Positions 16,887 through 26,330 of a stretch of 64,000 nucleotides of DNA are shown in pieces. The DNA is from Acidobacteriota bacterium (lineage in GTDB: Bacteria > Acidobacteriota > Vicinamibacteria > Fen-336): NCBI GenBank assembly GCA_032127875.1, contig JAQBHI010000126.1, positions 1,861 to 65,860 on the forward strand. Reading direction: 5' to 3'. How positions within the stretch are numbered: position 1 is the first letter of the stretch; every line of letters starts with the position of its first letter. Under the pieces are notes generated by a model. That model had not been told where the DNA came from. It searched no databases and saw only the letters and a program-made list of their open reading frames with translations. The translations under genes were made by a program, and so were the position numbers.

Positions 16887-17408
16887 CTAGAACGTCCTGG
16901 CGAGGTCGAGGGCGCTCTTGACGTCGATACGTTTGAAGGACAGACCGTTCTTCGGGTCGGTGATCGGGGCGCCGGTGCTCTTGAGGGCCGCCTCGATCTG
17001 GCCCGGCGAGAGGTCAGGCCGGGCCTGGAGCAGCAGGGCCGCGGCACCGGCAGCATGCGGGCTTGCCTGGGACGTCCCGAGGAAGGTCGAGGTCCCGCCC
17101 CCGCGTCCCGCTGCGCTGATCGCGGCGCCCGGCGCCAGCGTGCCCTGCATCAGCGTCGCGAAAGAGAGCCGAGCCTGAACCGAGGTGTAGAGGAGCCCCG
17201 TGGCCGTGTTCAGGACGGCCGCGACGATGTAGACGTAGGGCAAGGCCTCCGAGCCGAAGTGCGCGAGGAACAAGGCACTCGCGGCGGTCTCGAAGAACAC
17301 CGTGGCGAGGCCCATCGCGAAAGAGTGCCCGAGCATGAGCGAGGCGGACTGGCGCTCGCCGGGCTCGACACCCAGGGCCAGAGCCACTCGCCCTGCCAGC
17401 GAAGCCAT
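16887..17408 (-). pseudogene. chimeric remnant ORF: N-terminal ~85 aa paralogous to the N-terminus of the adjacent translocase, fused in frame to the C-terminal ~88 aa of a subtilisin-like (S8) peptidase
   Basis: N-terminal part aligns to gene 14051-16780 (ER..A....LFG.LAGH.LLET...ALFLA). C-terminal part is GTSQASPHAAGAAALLLQARPDLSPGQIEAALKSTGAPI, the subtilase catalytic-Ser region. Junction near 17150. Confidence 0.5.
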
Positions 17409-17484
17409 TTCGACCTCGTGACGAAGGTGCGACGACGCCTCCCGCAGGCGCCGGCGAGAGACTATACGCGATAGAATCGCGGCG

Positions 17485-19368
17485 ATGGCGGCAAGTGCGA
17501 AGCGCGCGGCAGCGGCCGACGCGGATCCGGATTTCTCCCCGAGCCGCTACATAGCGCGGATCAGCCTGGACACCGGCAAGGAGATGCCCGGTCCGATCGA
17601 CCCCGAGGAGTTGCTGGTGCACGCCCACCGCGACCGGCATCCGGTCGAGGTGGCCGCGCAGTTCGTGGCGAACCGCGTCGTCGGGCTGACCGGCAAGGAA
17701 GCCGTCGTGCGTCGCGGCCTGAAGGCCTTCAACACGCTGGGTCGATGGCTCGTGAGCGGCGTGGGGGCCGCCTCGGGCAGCCGCGCCGTTGCGGAGCGGG
17801 CGAAGCGGCTGATCGGCGTCGTCGATCCCGGATTCGCCTTCCGCTTTCGCGAGCCGACGCACCTCTCCGACCGGCAGCTTCGGGAACGGGTGAGGAAGCT
17901 GCAGGGCGATGCGGCCGTGCGCCTCAAGGCGCGGGGTCGGAACCCGCGGCTCCGGATCCTCATGACGGGCGCCACCGGCTTCGTCGGCAAGGAGATCCTC
18001 AGCCAGGTCGCTTCGGACCGGCGCGTGGCGGAGCTGGTCGCGGTGCTGCGCCCCGAAACGCTCCGCGATCTGAAGACGAAACAGGTCCTGAAGGTGCTCT
18101 CGCCGGCGGAGCGTGGGGCGCTGCTCCTGAAACGGCTGCGTATCACCGGGACCCGCGCGCAGCGCTTCCGCTTCGTGGCCGGCGACATCGAGAAGCCCAA
18201 CCTCGGCATCGCGGCCGGCGAGATCGCCCGGCTCCGCAAGACGCTCACGCACGTGATTCATTGCGCCGCGAGCGTTTCCTTCGACGACCCCTACGAAAGC
18301 TCGTTCCGAGCCAACGTGCTCGGTTCCCTGAACGCGCTGCGCTTCTCGCTGCAGATCCAGCAAACGCCCGGCTCCGCCTTTCTCCACCACGTCGCGATCG
18401 AGACCTCCTACATCCACGGCCGGAAGAAGCGTTCGATCGCCCAGGAGCGCGCGCTGGTCTTCCCGCGGCACTTCTACAACAACTTCTACGAGCTCACAAA
18501 GGCGATGGCCTCGATCGAGACCGACCGCTTCCTCGTGGCGCGAGGCTTGCGAGTCGTGCAGCTCTTGCCTTCGATCGTGATCGGCGAGGCCCGCACCGGG
18601 AACAACCGCGGCGACCTGAAGGTCGTGAACGCGCCGATCAACGCCTTCGGCCGCGCCAAGGAGGCGGTGGATCGCTCGCACGGGGATCTGCTGGGCATGC
18701 CGAAGGCGCGCGTCATCGCTGCGCTCGCCTGTGTCTTTCCGGGCGACCCGAGCGCGGAGATGAACCTGGTCCCGGTCGACCGCGTCGCCGCCGGGATCCT
18801 GGCGGCGCTCGGCGTGAGCGCGGCCATCGGCGTGCGCATCCACCTCGCCACCGACAACCGGATTCCCTCCGAGGACATGCTACGCATCGTCCACGAAGAG
18901 CTCGGCGTGCAGGTGCGGCTGGCCGACCCCACGCTGTATCGCAACCTGACGATGCCGCTCGTGAAGACCGTCTTGGAACGCGTCGGCGAGCCCAGGCTGG
19001 GGGCGGCCCTGGAGCGGCTCTCGACGATCTTCGGCGCCTACGGGGAATGGGGTCAACCCGTCCACGAAGTCGGCAACGACGTGCGTCTGCTGGGCCTTGC
19101 GCTGCGGCGGCCCGACACGCGCCACGCCTTCCGCATGCTGTGCCGTCACAACCGCTACGTCCAGGAATACGGACGCGTGCGCGACGCCGACGAAGTCGCG
19201 CGCCGGGAGCATGCCTGGGAAGAGGCGATCGACGCCATCGAGCACCGGACCGGGCGCCAGGCGTCGGCGATCCCGGCGGGGGAGTTCAGGGAGCTGCTCG
19301 TCGAGGAGATCGACCTCAAGGGTTTCGAGCGACGTCAGCCAGTACGCAAACGCGGAGGCGACGAATGA
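17485..19368 (+). CDS. thioester-reductase-domain / fatty acyl-CoA reductase-like SDR protein (male-sterility NAD-binding family) with ~150-aa N-terminal extension
   Basis: RLRILMTGATGFVGKEIL Rossmann motif followed by a TR-domain-like region. 627 aa. Confidence 0.75.
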   Translation: MAASAKRAAAADADPDFSPSRYIARISLDTGKEMPGPIDPEELLVHAHRDRHPVEVAAQFVANRVVGLTGKEAVVRRGLKAFNTLGRWLVSGVGAASGSRAVAERAKRLIGVVDPGFAFRFREPTHLSDRQLRERVRKLQGDAAVRLKARGRNPRLRILMTGATGFVGKEILSQVASDRRVAELVAVLRPETLRDLKTKQVLKVLSPAERGALLLKRLRITGTRAQRFRFVAGDIEKPNLGIAAGEIARLRKTLTHVIHCAASVSFDDPYESSFRANVLGSLNALRFSLQIQQTPGSAFLHHVAIETSYIHGRKKRSIAQERALVFPRHFYNNFYELTKAMASIETDRFLVARGLRVVQLLPSIVIGEARTGNNRGDLKVVNAPINAFGRAKEAVDRSHGDLLGMPKARVIAALACVFPGDPSAEMNLVPVDRVAAGILAALGVSAAIGVRIHLATDNRIPSEDMLRIVHEELGVQVRLADPTLYRNLTMPLVKTVLERVGEPRLGAALERLSTIFGAYGEWGQPVHEVGNDVRLLGLALRRPDTRHAFRMLCRHNRYVQEYGRVRDADEVARREHAWEEAIDAIEHRTGRQASAIPAGEFRELLVEEIDLKGFERRQPVRKRGGDE

Positions 19369-19664
19369 GGGAAGAAGAAACGATCTTCGAGCGGCTGAAG
19401 ATGCGCGGCGAGGAGATGTTCCAGCAGGTGTCCGGCGAGCTGATGAACAACCCACGTTTCGTGGCCGCGATGCGCTCGGCGCTGCGCGGCAAGGAGAAAC
19501 TCGACGAAGCCTCGGCGCGTGCCCTGAAGGCCATGAACGTGCCGACGCGGAGCGAGTTCAAGAAAGCACTTCGCCGGATCGAGACGCTCGAGGCGGAGCT
19601 GGCCGCGCTCAAGGCCAGCAGCAAGCCGGCGTCGAAGCGGCGCCAGGCGAAGAAGGCGCGCTAG
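19366..19664 (+). CDS. phasin-family (PHA-granule-associated-like) small protein, 99 aa
   Basis: ATG overlaps the upstream stop (ATGA). ...NVPTRSEFKKALRRIETLEAELAALKA... resembles a phasin C-terminus. It appears in the track only as the tail of a different-frame ORF. Confidence 0.6.
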
Positions 19665-19670
19665 CTTTCA

Positions 19671-20650
19671 TGCGCCGGCTGGCTGTCACGGGCGCCGGAT
19701 CCTTCCTGGGCGGCAGACTGTTGCGGCGGCTGATCGAGACGCGCGGCGCCGACAAGCTCGTGGTGATCGACATCGCCGCTCCGCCCGCGACGCTCGAGGT
19801 CCGGCACCACGAGATCGACTTCACGCAGCCTGCCTCGGATGAGCGCTTGTTGCAGGTGCTGCGCGAGGAGCAAGTGGACAGCGTCGTGCATTTCGCCTTC
19901 TTCACGAACCCGCGCCGCGACAAGAGCTACGCCCACGAGCTGGAATCGATCGGCACCTTGAAGCTGATGGCCGCGGCGGCTGCCGCAGGCGTGTCCCGCG
20001 TCGTGCTCCGCTCGTTCACTGCCGTATACGGGGCGCGCGGCCAGAATCCGAATTTCCTGACCGAGGAGCGCCCGCTGCAGCCGAATTCCGCGCTGGCCTG
20101 GGCGCGCGACAAGTTCGAGGCGGAGCAGCACGCGGCCTCATTCGCGCGGCGCTATCCCGAGATGGCGATCAGCGTGCTGCGCTTCGCGCCGCTGTTCGGG
20201 CCTGGCGTTCGGAACTTTTATACGCGCATCTTCGACAACCGCGTCGTGCCGACGCTGATGGGCTTCGACCCGCTCGTGCAACTGCTGCATCCCGACGACG
20301 CCTTGGATGCCGCCGAGGCGGCCCTGGAACGGGGGGTGGCCGGCGCCTTCAACATCGTCCCGCGAAGCGCGATTCCGCTCGCCTCGATCCTGCACCTGGG
20401 CGCCAAGGTTCCGCTTCCGGTGCCGCACCCGCTCGCGTACGCGCTGTCCGACGCGCTGTGGGCGGCGGGTCTGGCCGAGGCCCCCGGTGCGTTCCTCGAC
20501 TACGTGCGCTATCTGTGCGTCGCCGATGGCGCGCGGGCGGAGCGCGAGCTGGGCTTCCGGCCGCGTTACAGCAGCCGCGATGCCCTGCTCGCCTATCTGC
20601 GCTACCGGCATCCCGAGCCGGCTCCAGGGACGGCGGAGGCCACCGCGTGA
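19671..20650 (+). CDS. NAD-dependent epimerase/dehydratase family protein (SDR)
   Basis: MRRLAVTGAGSFLGGRL Rossmann N-terminus. 326 aa. Confidence 0.75.
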
Positions 20651-21666
20651 AGGCCTCGGCAAAGGTGGTGTCGATCCGTAGCGGCAGGCAGAGCTCAGAG
20701 GCCGAGAGCTTGCGAGAAAAGGTGCGGGCTCTCGAAGACGAGCTGCGGCAGCTCGCGCAGAAGCAAGGCGTCGTCGACCGGGAAGGCGCGCTGGTGGCGA
20801 TCGCGCGGATATTCCAGGCGGGCACCAAGGGCCTTTCCTGGGAAAACCTGGCGCGCGCGCTGGCCGCCTGGCATTTCTCCTGGCACTCGGAGGAGGTCGA
20901 CGCTTTCGGCTTCGACAAGAAGTTCATGGAGACGCTGCGGCCGATGTTCGAGTTCCTGTACACGGTGTGGTGGCGCGTCGAGGCCAGCGGTGTCGAGAAC
21001 GTGCCGAGCCAGGGCGCCGCTCTGATCGTCGCCAATCATTCGGGCGTGCTGCCCTACGACGGCCTGATGATCAACATCGCGGTGCGCCACAAGCATCCGG
21101 CCCGCCGCGAGTGCCGGATGCTGGCGCTCGACATGTTCGCGCTGCTGCCGTTCCTGGCGCCGCTGCTTTCCAGGAGCGGCGCCGTGCGGGCCAATCAGGA
21201 GAACGCCGAGCGGCTGCTGCGCGGCGGCGCGCTGGCCGGAGTATTCCCCGAGGGTGTCAAGGGAGTCGGCAAGCGCTTCAAGGACCGCTACAAGCTGGCG
21301 CGCTTCGGCCGGGGCGGTTTCGTGCGCCTCGCGCTGCGCACCGGCGCGCCGATCATTCCCTGCGCCGTGGTGGGCGGCGAGGAGATCCATCCGGTGCTCG
21401 CAAAGGCCGACTGGATCGGCCGGCCGTTCGGTCTCCCGTACTTTCCGATCACGCCCACCTTTCCGCTGCTGGGACCGCTCGGCGTCGTGCCGCTGCCGAC
21501 GAAATGGAGCCTGGATTTTGCGGACCCGTTGTCCGTGGCGAAGTACGGGCCCGAGGCCGCCGACGATCCGATTCTCGTCAATCGGCTGGCAGAGCAGGTG
21601 CGCGGGACGATTCAGCGCATGATCGACGGGCGTCTCGCGAGACGCCGCTCGATCTGGGTCGGGTAG
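20647..21666 (+). CDS. lysophospholipid / 1-acyl-sn-glycerol-3-phosphate acyltransferase (PlsC family) with N-terminal coiled-coil extension
   Basis: HX4D motif region (ALIVANHSGVLPYDG) and FPEG-type motif (GVFPEGVKG). GTG start overlaps the upstream TGA. Confidence 0.75.
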   Translation: MKASAKVVSIRSGRQSSEAESLREKVRALEDELRQLAQKQGVVDREGALVAIARIFQAGTKGLSWENLARALAAWHFSWHSEEVDAFGFDKKFMETLRPMFEFLYTVWWRVEASGVENVPSQGAALIVANHSGVLPYDGLMINIAVRHKHPARRECRMLALDMFALLPFLAPLLSRSGAVRANQENAERLLRGGALAGVFPEGVKGVGKRFKDRYKLARFGRGGFVRLALRTGAPIIPCAVVGGEEIHPVLAKADWIGRPFGLPYFPITPTFPLLGPLGVVPLPTKWSLDFADPLSVAKYGPEAADDPILVNRLAEQVRGTIQRMIDGRLARRRSIWVG

Positions 21667-21728
21667 CACCGGCGGCGCCCTGCTGGACATGTGAGGGTCC
21701 GGCAAGGCCCACTGCCTAACTCCAGCGC

Positions 21729-22916
21729 TTACCTGAGCTTCCTTTCCAGCATCTCCAGCGAGCCGGAGAGGGCGCGGCCGACCAGGGAGCGCTGCGGCTG
21801 GCGTGCCGGGATGGGGGGCACCGCGGCGGGATCGCCCAGCCGAATGCCGTGGCGCTTGAGGACGCGCGCATAGGCTGCATGGTTCTTCTGGAAGCCTTGC
21901 AGCACGGAACGATAGCCGTCCTCGGCCACGACCTTGCGCGCGCTCATGCGCATGATGTTGTAGGCGAACATGCGCATGTCGTCGCGGGTGGGTTCGATCA
22001 GCAGGATGTCCACTTCGGGATGCTCGGCCTGGTAGCGCTCGAGACCGTATTGCATGCGGCCGTGGAGCATGATGCGCAGCGCCTGGTCGAGGACGTAGTT
22101 GAGGCCCTTGTTGCTGAGGTGGCCGTGCAGGGGGCCTTTCGGCCCCACGTTGAGGATCGGCACGATCGGGTTGATGCAGATCACCAGATTCGCGCCGTGG
22201 CGGATCGCCAGGTTGATGTGAGCGGTCTTCTTGACGCCGCCGTCGACGTAGTCGCGGCCGCCGATGCGCACCGGGCGGTACAGTCCCGGCAGCGCCGTCG
22301 AGGCCTGGACGGCTCGCGAGATCGGCACGTTGCGGTGACCCTTGTCGCCGAAGGCCACCGCTTCTCCTGAATCAAGATCGACGCCGACTACGAACAGCGC
22401 CCGGGCGAGTTCGTCGAACCGGTCGCTCTGGCCGCGCGAGGTGAAGACGGCCTGCAGGAACTCCTGGATGCCCGAATTGTCGAGCAGGCCGGCAGGCAGC
22501 AGTTCCAGCATCGAGAACACAAAGTCCGAGAGGTTGCGCCCCGGCTCGCGGAGGGCCGTGCTGAGCGCCTCGCGCACGACGCGGGGCGCCTGCATCGAGC
22601 CCCGCGCCAGGTCGGAGAGTCCGAGCCTGAACAGCGGCGCCGACGACATTCCGAAGGGGGAGCGAGACGCGACCTCGTCGTACATCTCGCGCGGCGCGAT
22701 GCCATTGGCGAGCAGCGACGAGACAAAGGCGCCACCGCTGACCCCGACGTAGAGGTCGAGGTCGAGGACGCTGCGCCCCAGGATCCCTTCCAGGGCGCGC
22801 AGGCAGCCGATCTCGTAGACCGCTCCGGTGACGCCGCCGCCGGCGCAGACGAGGGCGATCTTGCTGGGTTTCCCGCGTGAGCGTCTCGCCTGCACCTTGT
22901 GTCCGGCCAAGCCCAC
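21729..22916 (-). CDS. patatin-like phospholipase
   Basis: Oxyanion GGG motif (LVCAGGGVTG) and GVSGG nucleophile motif (YVGVSGGAF). Confidence 0.8.
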   Translation of the reverse strand: MGLAGHKVQARRSRGKPSKIALVCAGGGVTGAVYEIGCLRALEGILGRSVLDLDLYVGVSGGAFVSSLLANGIAPREMYDEVASRSPFGMSSAPLFRLGLSDLARGSMQAPRVVREALSTALREPGRNLSDFVFSMLELLPAGLLDNSGIQEFLQAVFTSRGQSDRFDELARALFVVGVDLDSGEAVAFGDKGHRNVPISRAVQASTALPGLYRPVRIGGRDYVDGGVKKTAHINLAIRHGANLVICINPIVPILNVGPKGPLHGHLSNKGLNYVLDQALRIMLHGRMQYGLERYQAEHPEVDILLIEPTRDDMRMFAYNIMRMSARKVVAEDGYRSVLQGFQKNHAAYARVLKRHGIRLGDPAAVPPIPARQPQRSLVGRALSGSLEMLERKLR

Positions 22917-22951
22917 CTCCGTTGTCGCGGCGCGAGTCTACGCGAGGCGGC

Positions 22952-23389
22952 CTACTTGCGGCGCTTGAGCGCGTCGATCTTGCGGGAGAGCTCTTCGACT
23001 TTGCGCGTGAGCTCCGCGATCTCGCGCCGGCTCGGGATGTTGAGCGATGCCAGGGTGTGCTGCACGGCCTGGCCGACGCGCTTGCCCGCGGACGCGCGCT
23101 CCTTCTGGATGCGGGCCTGGAGCGCCTTCAACTGGGCGTCGAGACGCTTGCCCGCCTTCTTGCGCTCGCGTTCGAAGCGACCCTGGAGATCCGCTACGAT
23201 TCGGGCCGCCTCTTTGCCGCTGAGCTTGTTCTTTTTCAGCAGTCGCCGCACTTGCTTCTCGGCCTGCTGCTCGACCGAGACCACGGCCTCGACCGCTTGC
23301 TGCCAGGCGCCGCGCGCCACCTCGGCGGCAGTGCGGCCCGTCGTCGTAGCCTCGGCCTTCAGCTTCTTCTTCGTGTTCTTCTTCGCCAT
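22952..23389 (-). CDS. phasin family protein
   Basis: K/A/E-rich helical protein with C-terminal ...ASLNIPSRREIAELTRKVEELSRKIDALK, typical of TIGR01837-type phasins. Confidence 0.7.
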   Translation of the reverse strand: MAKKNTKKKLKAEATTTGRTAAEVARGAWQQAVEAVVSVEQQAEKQVRRLLKKNKLSGKEAARIVADLQGRFERERKKAGKRLDAQLKALQARIQKERASAGKRVGQAVQHTLASLNIPSRREIAELTRKVEELSRKIDALKRRK

Positions 23390-24030
23390 TACTTTCTCCT
23401 TTTTCGTTTCTTGCCTCGGCGCACCGGCTGCTTCCTGGGCGCAGGGCCCGGCGCGGCCAGGTACGTCTCGAGGGTCATCAGTCGTTCCCTGAGCGAGTGC
23501 AGCGAGAGGCTGACTCCGCCCTCGCGTTCGCTGCGCTCCAGCAGGCTGTGGAGCGCCTGTTCCAGACCCCGCTGTGCGTCGGCCACGACGCTTTGCACGG
23601 AGTGTGCGATCTCCTGCCGCAGGCCAAGTGCCTCTTCGAAGGACAAGAGTTGACGCGACAGGAGGCCGGAAACGATGCGCTCGGCCTCCTCGCGCGCCCG
23701 GACCGCGACGCTCGGCTGTGGCGCTGCCGGCTTCCCCGGGATCGGGGCGGCGGTGAAGCGCACCAGCCGCGCCAGCACCTGCCGCGGGATGCTCGCGGTG
23801 CGTTCCTTGACGCCTTCGAGTACGACCTGGGCGAGCACCAGGTTCGTGATGTCCTCGCCCGTCTGCTGGTCCTGCACCAGGATCTCGTCGCCTGAGGCGA
23901 CGCGCGCGGCGAGGTCCTCGAGCGTCACATGGCGCTTGGCCGCCGGATCGTACAGCTTGCGGTTGGCATAGCGCTTGACGACCCGGGGGCGGAGTGCTGC
24001 TTGCCTTGCCACGACACCAATATAACGCAC
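23389..24030 (-). CDS. phaR: PhaR-like polyhydroxyalkanoate synthesis repressor
   Basis: N-terminal VKRYANRKLYDPAAKRHVTLEDLA...GDEILVQDQQTGEDITNLVLAQVVLE matches the PhaR N-terminal DNA-binding domain pattern (IKKYPNRRLYDT...ITLEDL). The TAA stop overlaps the phasin ATG (TAATG). Confidence 0.75.
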   Translation of the reverse strand: MRYIGVVARQAALRPRVVKRYANRKLYDPAAKRHVTLEDLAARVASGDEILVQDQQTGEDITNLVLAQVVLEGVKERTASIPRQVLARLVRFTAAPIPGKPAAPQPSVAVRAREEAERIVSGLLSRQLLSFEEALGLRQEIAHSVQSVVADAQRGLEQALHSLLERSEREGGVSLSLHSLRERLMTLETYLAAPGPAPRKQPVRRGKKRKRRK

Positions 24031-24066
24031 TGCGTCATGGATGTCAACAGTCCATGACGCGAGGCG

Positions 24067-24297
24067 TCAGGAGGCGGGCGTCGCGTCCAGGTCGAGGGCG
24101 AGGGGCGCGTCCTCGCCGAGCCGGCGTCGGCGCAGCGCCCGGCGGATCAGGATCCCGCCCAGCACCACGCCGCACAGTGCGGCGATGGCGGCACACAACG
24201 CCGCGAGGCCCAGCGAGTTGATCAGTACGCCGGCCAGATCGAAGACGGGCTTCTCGACCTTGACCCAGGTGATGGTTTCGGTCACGGCCTCGTTCAC
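24067..24297 (-). CDS. small membrane protein (76 aa, one TM helix)
   Basis: Hydrophobic stretch LINSLGLAALCAAIAALCGVVLGGILI followed by RRALRRRR. Confidence 0.3.
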   Translation of the reverse strand: MNEAVTETITWVKVEKPVFDLAGVLINSLGLAALCAAIAALCGVVLGGILIRRALRRRRLGEDAPLALDLDATPAS

Positions 24298-26330
24298 GGC
24301 TTGGCTCCCCTGCTGAGGACTCTAGAGGGAGGCGCATTCCGGGTCAACTGTCGGGAGGGGTTCCGATCGAGGCCCTCGAGATACCGGCCGACGCCCCCCA
24401 GCAGGCTCTTGGCGATCTGCTCCCGACGCACGGAGGTCTTGAGCAGCTTCTCTTCCGCCGGGTTCGAAACGAAGGCGATCTCGGCCAAAACGCTTGGCAT
24501 GTTCGCGCCGATCAGGACATAAAAGGGCGCCGTGCGGACGCCGCGGTCCTGCATGTCCGGGTAGCCGGGCCGAAGGTTCTCGACCATCGATTCGTGGACC
24601 GAGCTCGCGAAATCGCGGCTCTCGTTGATCTTGCTGTTGAGCGTGATCGCCTTCACCAGTCCCTGGAGGTCCTTCATGGTCGCGGCGGAGATCGAGTTCT
24701 CGCGGGCGGCTACCTCTTCCGCGTGGGGGTCGGCTGCGAAATTCAGGAAGTAGGTCTCGATGCCGCGCGCCTTGGAGTTGCGGCTGCTGTTGGCGTGGAT
24801 CGAGAGGAACAGATCGGCGCCCTTCGAGTTGGCGATGGCGGTTCGTTCCTCGAGCGGGATGAAGACGTCGCTGTCGCGGGTCATGACGACCTCGGCGCCC
24901 AGCTCCGACTTCACGAGGCGCGCCAGCCGGAGCGCGACGTCGAGGACGAGGGCCTTCTCCTGCAGCCCGCTGCGGCCGATGGTTCCAGGATCGTGGCCGC
25001 CGTGACCCGCGTCGATGACGATGCGGCGCGCCGTCAGGCCGAGCTGGCGGGCGAGGCTGTAGGAGCCGGTGCGATTCATCTGCGGCGGCTGGGGTGGCGC
25101 CGTGGGGGAGGGCGAGGGTTCCAGACTCGCGACGAGCGTCGTCGGTGGCGGCGGGACGGGCGTCGGCACAGGCGCCGGTGTCGGGCCTGGGGCGGGCGTC
25201 GGAAGCGGGCTCTGGGCGGCTGCCGGAGTCGTGCTGGGCATCGCCGCCGGCGTGGGGGATGCGGTCGGCGCGCCAGCGCCATCCGCAGTTCGCCTCTCCG
25301 CGGCGAGGCGTTCCTCGACCCAGCGCTCGATACCTTCGGCCGAGTCCACGTCCTCGATCTCGGAAATCACTACCGATCTTGCCGACGCTCCAGCGGGAGC
25401 CGTCGCATCGGCTGTCGCGGTCGATTTGTCGGCCGTCGCCGTGGCGGGCGGATCGCCGCGCACATCGATCACCAGCCGGGCGGGGTTCTGGAGATAGAAG
25501 ACCTCGTGGTCGTTGACGTCCTTGAAGTCGAGCACGACCCGGACCACGTTCTCCCTGTTCTGGCCGACCCGAACCTGCTCCAGCAGGCCGTCGCCGACCG
25601 GGAACACGCGATCGGTGAGGTTGGGGTGAAGGCGGGCGCCCAGCAGGTCGATCCATAGCCGTTCAGGGCCATGCAGCCGGTCCTGACGCACCGGCACTTC
25701 CTTCTCCAGGTCGACCACCACGCGCGTCGACGAGTCACCGCTCCAGGAGCGAAGGTTGAAAACCGGTACCAGACCGCGCGGCGGCGCCGGAGGCAGCGCC
25801 GCCGCCCTCTCGGTCGAGGTTTTCTTGAGGGAGGCTTTCACTGCCGCGGCGCGGCTCGAGTCGGGGAAGGCGCCCAGGTACAGCTTCGCCGCCTCTTCGA
25901 TGCGTTTTTTGTCCCTGCCCTGGATCGCGATCTGGAACGCGCTGTGCAGCGCCCTCTCCCCCAGGCTGCTGGAGGGATACTCCGAGACGAGCATCCGGTA
26001 GGACTTCACGGCGTCGTCGCTGAAGCGAGGCGTCTTGAAGCGCACCGCCATCTCGCGGTAGAGATCGCCCACGGCGAGCAGCGAGTCGTCGCAGTACGGG
26101 CTCTGCGGATATTTGGCGACGAGCGTCCGGTATTTGAGGACCGGCTTGTCCCACTCGGCACGCCTGGCCTTCAGCGTCGTCGAGCCGGCGAGCCGCGCTT
26201 GCGCCGCCTTCGCCTCGGCGAACAGGCTGCGATCCGGGCGGCCGCTGGCGCCGTGCGCCGGCAGGGCGCCGAGGACGAGCAGGCCGGCGCAAAGAACCCG
26301 TGGCGCGTTCGAAATGAGCGCTCGCCTCAC
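24294..26330 (-). CDS. N-acetylmuramoyl-L-alanine amidase (AmiC-like) with N-terminal TPR-like region and AMIN domain
   Basis: C-terminal Amidase_3 core (VIDAGHGGHDPG...LFLSIHANS...). Pro-rich linker. AMIN-like beta region (RVVVDLEKEV...VVRVVLDFKDV). Signal peptide. GTG start overlaps the ftsK TGA. Confidence 0.8.
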   Translation of the reverse strand: MRRALISNAPRVLCAGLLVLGALPAHGASGRPDRSLFAEAKAAQARLAGSTTLKARRAEWDKPVLKYRTLVAKYPQSPYCDDSLLAVGDLYREMAVRFKTPRFSDDAVKSYRMLVSEYPSSSLGERALHSAFQIAIQGRDKKRIEEAAKLYLGAFPDSSRAAAVKASLKKTSTERAAALPPAPPRGLVPVFNLRSWSGDSSTRVVVDLEKEVPVRQDRLHGPERLWIDLLGARLHPNLTDRVFPVGDGLLEQVRVGQNRENVVRVVLDFKDVNDHEVFYLQNPARLVIDVRGDPPATATADKSTATADATAPAGASARSVVISEIEDVDSAEGIERWVEERLAAERRTADGAGAPTASPTPAAMPSTTPAAAQSPLPTPAPGPTPAPVPTPVPPPPTTLVASLEPSPSPTAPPQPPQMNRTGSYSLARQLGLTARRIVIDAGHGGHDPGTIGRSGLQEKALVLDVALRLARLVKSELGAEVVMTRDSDVFIPLEERTAIANSKGADLFLSIHANSSRNSKARGIETYFLNFAADPHAEEVAARENSISAATMKDLQGLVKAITLNSKINESRDFASSVHESMVENLRPGYPDMQDRGVRTAPFYVLIGANMPSVLAEIAFVSNPAEEKLLKTSVRREQIAKSLLGGVGRYLEGLDRNPSRQLTRNAPPSRVLSRGAKP

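Noticed and set aside
17014-18843. 609-aa ORF antisense to the reductase gene
   Set aside because: Junk-frame composition and no motifs.
17745-19664. 639-aa plus-strand ORF
   Set aside because: Off-frame read-through across the reductase gene. Only its last 99 codons (19366-19664) are a real, separately started phasin-like gene.
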